Part shown: positions 49,640-55,630 of the stretch, piece after piece | How positions within the stretch are numbered: position 1 is the stretch's first letter | Layout of the letters: each line of letters starts with the position of its first letter | IMG/VR virus record: IMGVR_UViG_3300045988_032220 | Source of the DNA: a virus | Direction: 5' to 3' (one strand) | DNA length: 55,630 nt | Position numbers and translations under genes: made by a program | The notes under the pieces: model-generated | Database searches by the model: none | What the model was told of the DNA's origin: nothing | What the model saw: the letters and a program-made list of their open reading frames with translations, nothing else

Positions 49640-49848
49640 ATATCAGAACCCACCGCGCAAGAGAGCAGCGCGGCGGGCCGGTCTTTGTCAAGCAGACCTT
49701 CCACCTTTGGCTTGGGTGGATCGGACAAGGCATTTCTTCGCTCATGCGGCGTGCACGCCCAAATCGGTTTCCGCACCGTCATGCGGGCGTAGCTTGGCAG
49801 AAAGGCAGCGTGGTCTTGCACCAGCTTACACGGGAGAAACGCCGCCAT
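49630..49848 (-). CDS. Possible small protein (72 aa); overlaps the 5' end of the tRNA-like element
   Basis: ATG preceded by GAGGGTGCCGT, and GC3-rich codons. The alternative is that the region is non-coding structured RNA. Confidence 0.3.
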   Translation of the reverse strand: MAAFLPCKLVQDHAAFLPSYARMTVRKPIWACTPHERRNALSDPPKPKVEGLLDKDRPAALLSCAVGSDMRV

Positions 49849-50214
49849 ACGGCACCCTCTGCCCCTGCCGGTGCGCCAAATTATGGACAAACGCACCGGC
49901 TTCCATGAATACCTGCAGCAAAGCGGCGCGGGCGGGGTGCGGCCCCGCAGGCGGCTTTTCCTTGCGTCGTTTCAAGGATCAGCCCCGCGCCATATAAAAG
50001 CCGCCGCGCTGACGCGGTGCGTGGCGGCTCATTTACACCTTAGATGTTTTTGTATCAGCAGCACCCTTGGTCTTTTCGTAACGTTCACAGTTCGTGTCAT
50101 ATCCACTGCACGGCGCACACCGCTTGTGGGTGATCTCGAACGTATGCCTGCACTGTTCATTTTTGTGCAGGGCTTTTTCGGTGGGACTTCTGTTATGTAT
50201 CTTCATTTACAGCC

Positions 50215-50781
50215 TCAAAAAGGAACTTCGTCGTAGTGGGTGGCGATCATATCTGCAAAGTGCAGACACAGGGCTTCCGGGTAGCGGTCATAAACGGCGC
50301 TGAGCGTTCCCCAGTCCTGCTTTCCGCTGTAGGCGCCCATGTGCCAGCGGATCGCCACGATCTCCCGCGCCGTCAGCTTGATATACTGCTGTGCCATAAT
50401 GACGCTTCCTTCTCCGTGGCCCACCAGACCGGCGTCAAAATATTCGTACTCACCGTTTCCCTTATCGCGGTACTGGCCCACCTTGCAATAATCATGCAGG
50501 AGCGCCGCTGCAAGAACTTCATTCCGGTGGCACTTTTTGAAAGCGTGATTTGCCCTGCACAATTCCATTGCCGCCTCTGCCACGCAGACCGAGTGCTCAC
50601 ACAGCCCGCCGGGATGGTTGGAATGGTGCTTGATGCTGGCAGGCTTTTCAAAGAATCCCAAAGCCACCATCTGCTGCCAAAGGTTTTCAGCGCCCGGACG
50701 GTCAGCAAGGCCGCTCTCCGCCCAGAGAACCTCGAACTTTTCTTTCGGCTTCATGTCCTCGTACAGTTTTTCGTTATCCAT
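50215..50781 (-). CDS. HD-domain phosphohydrolase
   Basis: HSNHPGGLCEHS ... LLHDYCK ... GHGEGS motifs. Confidence 0.75.
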   Translation of the reverse strand: MDNEKLYEDMKPKEKFEVLWAESGLADRPGAENLWQQMVALGFFEKPASIKHHSNHPGGLCEHSVCVAEAAMELCRANHAFKKCHRNEVLAAALLHDYCKVGQYRDKGNGEYEYFDAGLVGHGEGSVIMAQQYIKLTAREIVAIRWHMGAYSGKQDWGTLSAVYDRYPEALCLHFADMIATHYDEVPF

Positions 50782-51034
50782 GGTTCGGCTCCTTTTGTTT
50801 CAAAAATTCTTCCCGGCCTGCCGGGTATCTTGTCGGTCTGTCGAAAATCTCCGGGTGCTTTTCGAGCATATCCAAAAGCATCTCCCGCATGGACGCCGCC
50901 ACAAAGGGCGTAAATTCACTGCTCACACTCCCCCGCCTTTCTGCCTGTATTTCTGGCAGCGGGTTTTGTTTTCGTTCCTCCCGCCATTGGAACCGCCTTG
51001 TGTTAGTCCTCCGGTTCAAAGAACATTGCCACAA
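50774..51034 (-). CDS. Hypothetical small protein (start uncertain)
   Basis: ORF in operon. A possible internal GTG start lies at 50926. Confidence 0.4.
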   Translation of the reverse strand: MWQCSLNRRTNTRRFQWREERKQNPLPEIQAERRGSVSSEFTPFVAASMREMLLDMLEKHPEIFDRPTRYPAGREEFLKQKEPNHG

Positions 51035-51299
51035 AGGCTTTCAGCTGGCTCACCGCCGCTTCTTTTTCAGCTTCCGTCTTGGCCGTCTTTTCTGCCCAGC
51101 AGTCCTTGACCATTTCATTGATGATCTCAAACATGCTGTCTTTCAGGTCTGACAGATTTTTCTCGTCGTCGGCTACCTCCATAAGGACACGGGCCACAAT
51201 AAGCTCTGCCGCCGTCATCATGCCAACCGAACCGCCGTGAATGCTGACTTCCAGACCATCAGCCGTCCCCACGGCCATAATTTCCACATTGCAGTTCAT
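51003..51299 (-). CDS. Hypothetical protein (98 aa), paralog of the upstream gene
   Basis: RBS GGGGGG. The N-terminal pattern is shared with 51317..51664. Confidence 0.55.
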   Translation of the reverse strand: MNCNVEIMAVGTADGLEVSIHGGSVGMMTAAELIVARVLMEVADDEKNLSDLKDSMFEIINEMVKDCWAEKTAKTEAEKEAAVSQLKAFVAMFFEPED

Positions 51300-51316
51300 G
51301 CTTTGTCCCCCCAAGG

Positions 51317-51664
51317 TCAACCGTTCTGCAGTTTGTTAGCCAGCGCCACAACGAAGTCCTTGAAGCCCGGCTCCGTTTCTGCGAACTGCCGGGCCATGCG
51401 GAACCCCACCGTCTCGCCAACGGGAGGCTTTTCCTTCTTCTCTGCCGGGGCCGCCTTTCCCTGTGCTTCCAAATCTTTCTGCACTGCATCAGGAATTTTC
51501 TCCTGAATCTTCTTGATGACGTACGGACGAATCGGTTCGGGAACCTCCGCCACAACGCTGCCCACGATCTGAATTGTCAAATCCAGCAGATCAAGTCCGT
51601 TGCCCTTGAACTCGACCTTTGCGCCATCGTCCGTGGCTTCCCCATGAATGAATGCGTATGCCAT
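51317..51664 (-). CDS. Hypothetical protein (115 aa)
   Basis: ATG at 51664 preceded by AAAGGA. Confidence 0.55.
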   Translation of the reverse strand: MAYAFIHGEATDDGAKVEFKGNGLDLLDLTIQIVGSVVAEVPEPIRPYVIKKIQEKIPDAVQKDLEAQGKAAPAEKKEKPPVGETVGFRMARQFAETEPGFKDFVVALANKLQNG

Positions 51665-51829
51665 ACTTTTTGTCCTTTCTGCTTGCAGGTGAATCTTCGG
51701 ATATGGAGGTGCGCCCCGGAGTTGGCGCCGGGCAGCAGGGCTTGACGCTCCCCGCCTGCACTGGCCGCACCATATAAAGGCGGTGTCGGACATACCGCCT
51801 GCCCATGCGGGCCGCTCTGGCGTGTTCTT

Positions 51830-52015
51830 TCAGCCCTTGCCAGATAAGGCTTCATCTCGCCGACGCCGCCGTTCTTCGCACTGACGGCGGATGATCTCTT
51901 TTCCCTTGCGAATACGCTCGGTTTCTTCAAATCTCCACCTGCCGTAGGACAGCCCCGCGGCGTCGGCCTGCCGGACATCCAGCATCAGCTTGTCCGGCTT
52001 CATCTTTTCGGCCAT
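51830..52015 (-). CDS. Hypothetical basic protein (61 aa)
   Basis: ORF with RBS GAGGG. Confidence 0.45.
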   Translation of the reverse strand: MAEKMKPDKLMLDVRQADAAGLSYGRWRFEETERIRKGKEIIRRQCEERRRRRDEALSGKG

Positions 52016-52039
52016 TTGCTCATACCCTCGTGTTCCTTG

Positions 52040-52069
52040 TTGTGCTTGTACTCCCCGCCGTGCTATAAT
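52040..52069 (+). promoter_or_regulatory. Candidate promoter (extended -10 TGcTATAAT) for the small plus-strand gene
   Basis: TTGTGC, 18-nt spacer, TATAAT (52064-52069) with an upstream TG. Confidence 0.45.
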
Positions 52070-52101
52070 TTGAACATATAAAATGGGGAGGGGGTGAATT
52101 T

Positions 52102-52311
52102 ATGAAATACTACTTTGTCGATCTTCGCGCACTACCCATATCTGAACGTATAGCAGCTTGTAAGAAAATGGAACAGTACGCATGGGAAGTCTTTGAAAAG
52201 GTTGGAACATCCGGCCTTGAATCCGCAGAGGTTTGCTGGACATCGCCAGAGGACTTTGAATCTTCTCCTTGTTTTCCTCAAGGATGCAAATGCACGCTTC
52301 TGGGAAACTGA
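52102..52311 (+). CDS. Small plus-strand moron-like gene (69 aa) embedded antisense in the early operon
   Basis: Strong RBS GGGGAGGGGG 7 nt before the ATG. It has its own promoter-like element and is AT-richer than its surroundings. Confidence 0.4.
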   Translation: MKYYFVDLRALPISERIAACKKMEQYAWEVFEKVGTSGLESAEVCWTSPEDFESSPCFPQGCKCTLLGN

Positions 52312-52313
52312 TC

Positions 52314-52598
52314 TTACGTCTTTGTGGCGGCGTGTGTAATAAGCAACGCCGCCGGAAAGTCCGGGTCGTAGTTGAACTCGATCCGGGCTTTTGCTTTATG
52401 GTCAACAAACCTCATGAATGCCCCGATGTCCCCCAACTTCTGAAACGCTTCTTCCTTGCGCCATACACCGATCCCGACGCCGTTGCAACGAACTTCTTCC
52501 GGCTTGTAGCCGTAATGTTTCAGAACTTCGTCCGGGTCGATTTCATCAAACGTCTTTTTGTTCAGCGCTTCTACAATGTGTTCAGGTTTCAGCGTCAT
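52314..52598 (-). CDS. Hypothetical protein (94 aa)
   Basis: ATG at 52598 preceded by AGGAGGG. Confidence 0.55.
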   Translation of the reverse strand: MTLKPEHIVEALNKKTFDEIDPDEVLKHYGYKPEEVRCNGVGIGVWRKEEAFQKLGDIGAFMRFVDHKAKARIEFNYDPDFPAALLITHAATKT

Positions 52599-52833
52599 GT
52601 GCTCCGCCCTCCTGCCTTTCGGATTCCTGTGCGGCGCTTTCCCTCTGCACAATCTCAGCAATCGGAATATTCAGAACCACCGACAGACCGCCCGCAAGGG
52701 ACAAGTCCATCCGCTTCTGACGCTCTCCGGTTTCGACCATCTGATAATACTGCCGCGAGATTCCAATGCGGTTTGCAACATCCTGTTGCGTAAGACCGGC
52801 CTTTTCGCGGGCTTCAATAAGGTATTCTCTCAC
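52582..52833 (-). CDS. XRE-family HTH regulator, Cro-like (83 aa, GTG start)
   Basis: AREKAGLTQQDVANRIGISRQYYQMVETG (HTH). GTG at 52833 preceded by AGGGAGGGAG. Confidence 0.75.
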   Translation of the reverse strand: MREYLIEAREKAGLTQQDVANRIGISRQYYQMVETGERQKRMDLSLAGGLSVVLNIPIAEIVQRESAAQESERQEGGAHDAET

Positions 52834-52851
52834 CTGTTCTCTCCCTCCCTT

Positions 52852-52980
52852 GCAACGTGTCGTTGCTATCATAATAGCTTTGCTCCTTTCAAATGTCAAC
52901 AATACGTTGCATTTTCAGCGTATTGCACAGTTTCTTCGCAACATTTTGTTTCCTCTGTTGAAAAAGCAACAATCAGTTGC
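52852..52980. promoter_or_regulatory. Lysogeny-switch operators: three GCAAC-N5-GTTGC-type palindromes
   Basis: GCAACGTGTCGTTGC at 52852-52866, TCAACAATACGTTGC at 52896-52910 and GCAACAATCAGTTGC at 52966-52980. Confidence 0.65.
52871..52899 (-). promoter_or_regulatory. Early lytic promoter (minus strand)
   Basis: Minus strand has TTGACA (52899-52894), a 17-nt spacer and TATTAT (52876-52871). Confidence 0.65.
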
Positions 52981-52986
52981 TATAAT
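52958..52986 (+). promoter_or_regulatory. Repressor/maintenance promoter (plus strand)
   Basis: TTGAAA (52958-52963), 17-nt spacer, TATAAT (52981-52986). The spacer is operator 3. Confidence 0.65.
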
Positions 52987-53007
52987 AAAGTAAAAGGGGG
53001 ATGCTCA

Positions 53008-53316
53008 ATGGAAAATCTGACTATCATCCGTAAAGAATCTCACGCTACCCAGCAGGAAGTCGCTGACTATCTCGGTATTTCTCGTCAAGCATACGGCAAC
53101 TATGAATCCGGCAAGCGTGAACCGGACTATGAAACGCTCTTAAAGCTCGGTGAATACTTCAATTGCAGCATCGACTATCTTCTTGGAAGCAGCCGTGGTG
53201 TTCGTTATCCCCTTCTCTCGGAGTTTGAGCGTAGCCTATTGGAGCAATATCGAAGCGCGACACCTGCCATTCAGAGCGCAGTTTGCAAACTTCTTGATCT
53301 CAATGGTGAGGCTTGA
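53008..53316 (+). CDS. XRE-family HTH regulator, CI-like repressor candidate (102 aa)
   Basis: ATQQEVADYLGISRQAYGNYESGKREP (HTH). RBS AAAAGGGGG. Divergent from the Cro-like gene and co-oriented with the integrase. Confidence 0.75.
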   Translation: MENLTIIRKESHATQQEVADYLGISRQAYGNYESGKREPDYETLLKLGEYFNCSIDYLLGSSRGVRYPLLSEFERSLLEQYRSATPAIQSAVCKLLDLNGEA

Positions 53317-53326
53317 TAGAATCCAT

Positions 53327-53357
53327 GAGGTTCCCCTGTCAATACAGGGGAACCTCC
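53327..53357 (+). terminator. Perfect 13-bp hairpin after the repressor gene (no clear U tract)
   Basis: GAGGTTCCCCTGT-caata-ACAGGGGAACCTC. Confidence 0.35.
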
Positions 53358-53400
53358 GCGTGCTACACTCTGTTGCTTACATATCCAGTGTAGCACGCGG
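53356..53400. other. Perfect 14-bp inverted repeat with 17-bp spacer; candidate attP core for the serine integrase (or second terminator hairpin)
   Basis: CCGCGTGCTACACT-ctgttgcttacatatcc-AGTGTAGCACGCGG, about 245 bp upstream of the integrase gene. Confidence 0.35.
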
Positions 53401-53487
53401 AGCCGCCATCTTTTCCAAAGTCAATTCGCCTTTTTACTCCACAATTTTACGTTGATTATCTTTTATTCTTCATTTTCGTAAAATTTG

Positions 53488-53526
53488 CAAAAAGAAAAAG
53501 CCCGCCGGGCCGAAGCCTGACGGGCT
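53488..53526 (-). terminator. Minus-oriented intrinsic terminator in the AT-rich int-upstream region
   Basis: AGCCCG...CGGGCT hairpin followed on the minus strand by TTTTTCTTTTTG. Confidence 0.4.
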
Positions 53527-53644
53527 ATAGATGAAACTGTATTTATATAATTCAGCAGCGATTTATGATTTTTCGTCTCACACGTTGCGCTTTCGTCTAA
53601 TCTGCGGGTTAAATGAGACGATTACTTGAAAGGACGCTCAAGGT

Positions 53645-55258
53645 ATGGCAAAAAGAAAATTCAACAAGGGCGGCGAGGTTCGGCTGGTCGCCTATTACAG
53701 ATACAGCGGCGGCAGCGGGCAGACTGAGCAATCCATTGAGGGCCAGCGCCGGGACTGCGAGACCTACGCCCGCCTGCACAATATGACCATCCAGAAAGAA
53801 TATGTGGATCGTCACATCAGCGGCAAGACCGATGATCGTGCGGCATTCCAACAAATGATTGCTGACAGCGACAAGGGCGCATTCGATATGGTAATCTGCT
53901 GGAAAACAGACCGCTTCGCCCGGAACCGCTATGATTCTGCCGTGTACAAGAAGCGCCTGCGCGACAACGGTGTTGAGATCGTCTACGCCGCTGAATCCAA
54001 CATTGCCGGTGCGGAAGGTATCATCATTGAGGGCGTGATGGAAGCGCTGGCCGAATACTACTCCGCCGAGCTGGCCGAGAAGATGCGCCGCGGCATGAGG
54101 GAAAGCGCTCTCAAAGGGCAAGCCATCAGCCGTTGCCGCGCCCTTGGCCTGAAAACGGACGAGCGCAAACGGTTCGTCATTGATGAAAAGACCGCACCCA
54201 CTGTGCGCTTTATCTTTGAGCATTACGCCGCCGGGGAATCTGCCATGTCTATTGTTGAACAGCTCAACACTAAAGGACTGCGCACCAGTCAGGGCAACCC
54301 CTTCAACAAGAGCAGCATTCCCCGGATCATCCAGAACGAAGCCTACCGCGGCGTGTATGTCAGTAAATCGTATGACGTGCGCATTGAAGGAGCCATTCCG
54401 GCCATTATCGACAATGAACTTTGGGAGAGGGCACAAACCATGTTGAAATTGAACCGTCAGCTCAAGGCAAAGAATGAACCGAAAGCGGACTATATCCTGT
54501 CCGGCAAGCTTTACTGTTCCTGCGGTTCCCTTATGCGCGGCATGAGCGGGCACAGTGCCACCGGCGAGGTCTACCGCTACTACACCTGCCCCAACAAGGA
54601 CTGCCGCCTGCGGAACATCCCGAAGGACGATCTGGAAGGAAAAGTCATGCAGTCCATCGTGGATCACCTCTTGCAGCCGGAATCTATGGAAGCACTGGCC
54701 GAAGCTATGGTCGAGGTGCAAAAGGCCGACGCTGAAAAGCCCAATGCCGAACGTGTAGCCATCGAACAGAGCCTTGCCGATGTCCGCCGCCGCAGTAAAA
54801 ACATTTTGGACGCCATTGAAAACGGCACCGCCAATGCGCAGCTGTGTGCCCGTCTGGATGATCTGACCGAACAGGAGCAGACCTTGAGCTTCCAGCTTTC
54901 TTCTCTGGAAAAGGAGAAGCCTGTTGTGTTCACAAAAGAGCAGTACCTTTTCCTGCTGGAACAGTTCTTGATGGAGCCGTCCGAGCGCACACCGGAGTAT
55001 GGTCGCCGTCTTGTTAACACTTTCGTAACAAGTATGGTAGTTAGCGACCGTGAACTGGTTATCAATTTTAATGTTTCTGACGAAACCGTTAACAAAAACA
55101 AAAAAACATCCCAGACAAACTTACAAAAAGAAAGTTCGTCTGGGATGCGTCTGGTCCACCTTGCACATCAACAAGCGAACTATTCCCTTTATGCGGCTTC
55201 CGGCTACTTTTCACTGGTTGAACACCAATTTTCGGCCCGTTTGTGGCGCACCGCATAA
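53645..55258 (+). CDS. int: Large serine recombinase (integrase)
   Basis: N-terminal resolvase catalytic region VAYYRYSGGSGQTEQSIEGQRRD. Also a recombinase domain, a zinc ribbon (CSCGS...YYTCPNKDC) and a coiled coil. Confidence 0.9.
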   Translation: MAKRKFNKGGEVRLVAYYRYSGGSGQTEQSIEGQRRDCETYARLHNMTIQKEYVDRHISGKTDDRAAFQQMIADSDKGAFDMVICWKTDRFARNRYDSAVYKKRLRDNGVEIVYAAESNIAGAEGIIIEGVMEALAEYYSAELAEKMRRGMRESALKGQAISRCRALGLKTDERKRFVIDEKTAPTVRFIFEHYAAGESAMSIVEQLNTKGLRTSQGNPFNKSSIPRIIQNEAYRGVYVSKSYDVRIEGAIPAIIDNELWERAQTMLKLNRQLKAKNEPKADYILSGKLYCSCGSLMRGMSGHSATGEVYRYYTCPNKDCRLRNIPKDDLEGKVMQSIVDHLLQPESMEALAEAMVEVQKADAEKPNAERVAIEQSLADVRRRSKNILDAIENGTANAQLCARLDDLTEQEQTLSFQLSSLEKEKPVVFTKEQYLFLLEQFLMEPSERTPEYGRRLVNTFVTSMVVSDRELVINFNVSDETVNKNKKTSQTNLQKESSSGMRLVHLAHQQANYSLYAASGYFSLVEHQFSARLWRTA

Positions 55259-55285
55259 TCTGTAATTATTTTGTAATCTTTGTGC

Positions 55286-55334
55286 AAACAAAAAATGCCC
55301 CGCCAGCAATCCGTCAGGATGCCAGCGGGGCATT
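55286..55334 (-). terminator. Intrinsic terminator ending the late/lysis operon (also placed to stop int transcription)
   Basis: AATGCCCCGC (55294-55303) pairs with GCGGGGCATT (55325-55334). Followed on the minus strand by TTTTTTGTTTG. Confidence 0.65.
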
Positions 55335-55341
55335 GCTTTAC

Positions 55342-55630
55342 TTAGTGGAGATACCTTGCCAATTCAGATGCAACAAAGCCTGCGATCACTGCCGCAATGA
55401 CTGCCCACCAGAGTTTGTTTCCAAATACTCCGGGGGCTTTTTCCAGCGCGGTCAAGCGGTCGTCCTGCTTCTTGTTCTGTGCCGTCACAACTTCAAGGCT
55501 CCGGTTTGTGGTTTCGAGTTGCTGGATGGTCAACTTGATATTGGTGTTCATGCCGTTTACTGCATCGGTCAGCTTCCCCAGCTCGTCCAGCCGGTGGGTG
55601 TTGCTCTGTGCACGGTTTTCGACCGCTGTC
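55342..55630 (-). CDS. XhlA-like lysis-associated membrane protein (C-terminal 95 codons in this copy; 5' end continues at 82-110 after circularisation)
   Basis: Coiled-coil N-terminal half and a C-terminal TM segment (LWWAVIAAVIAGFVASELA). Lies downstream of the holin, like PBSX xhlA-xhlB-xlyA-type cassettes. Confidence 0.6.
   Translation of the reverse strand, partial: TAVENRAQSNTHRLDELGKLTDAVNGMNTNIKLTIQQLETTNRSLEVVTAQNKKQDDRLTALEKAPGVFGNKLWWAVIAAVIAGFVASELARYLH
55550..55630. repeat. Right copy of 81-bp terminal direct repeat (identical to 1-81)
   Basis: Same as above; an ORF reads in frame through the junction. Confidence 0.95.

Noticed and set aside
49563-49990. tmRNA hypothesis: minus-strand GGGGCTGATCCTTGAAACGACG near 49965 resembles a tmRNA 5' end, and the T-arm at 49570 resembles a tmRNA 3' end
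   Set aside because: The putative 5' end (GGGGCTG) cannot pair with the 3' acceptor strand (CACCCGT). A complementary GCGGGTG lies only about 70 nt upstream instead. There is no G3-U70 pair, and I found no tag-peptide-like reading frame ending in ALAA.
50033-50206. 58-aa basic ORF, and a Cys-rich alternative frame, downstream of the HD gene
   Set aside because: The Cys-rich frame has no start codon after its upstream stop. The other frame is low-complexity and basic. The region ends in a GC hairpin plus TTTTAT and may simply be a terminator or leader.
53609-54721. 370-aa minus-strand ORF
   Set aside because: It is entirely antisense to the serine integrase gene, which has clear catalytic and zinc-ribbon motifs.

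Overview
The window is a complete, circularly closed phage genome. Bases 1-81 are identical to 55550-55630, so the unit length is 55,549 bp. It is a temperate contractile-tailed phage or prophage, probably of a Gram-positive clostridial-type host (inferred from AGGAGG-type RBSs, PBSX-like lysis genes and mid/high GC).

Layout:
- Late operon on the minus strand (30442 down to 103, wrapping to 55342): two small-terminase-like genes, a lambda-like head module (GpA-type TerL, gpW, portal, ClpP-type protease, decoration protein, gpE-type capsid), a P2/PBSX-like tail (sheath, tube, chaperone with a -1 frameshift, tape measure, LysM gpX, gpD, spike, gpU, gp25/W, J, I), several tail-fibre-like genes and a lysis cassette (M15 endolysin, holin, XhlA-like).
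- A diversity-generating retroelement (DGR) at 1527-4959, between the tail-fibre and lysis genes. Its order is avd-like, 121-bp TR, RT, target. VR1 differs from TR at 12 positions, all TR adenines.
- A second variable repeat (VR2, 14 differences, all TR adenines) about 39 kb away, inside an early-region gene (43080-43727).
- A plus-strand cargo operon (31.7-37.8 kb) with ArdC-like and DUF3560-like genes. It is controlled by a divergent RHH gene with five 12-bp operators. Its genes are separated by a six-member family of hairpin repeats.
- An extremely GC-rich, G-skewed non-coding repeat block upstream of the terminase genes.
- A minus-strand early operon (52.8 to 38.0 kb): HUH Rep, DUF1064 nuclease, HD hydrolase, 3D-domain protein, two methyltransferase-like genes carrying G9/G8 homopolymers (one frameshifted), an orphan radical-SAM gene in an AT-richer island, an SPFH protein and an aberrant tRNA-like element.
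- A lysogeny module (52.5-55.3 kb): divergent XRE regulators with three GCAAC-N5-GTTGC operators, a large serine integrase and a candidate attP inverted repeat.

All protein-family names come from motif recognition by eye and need HMM or BLAST confirmation.
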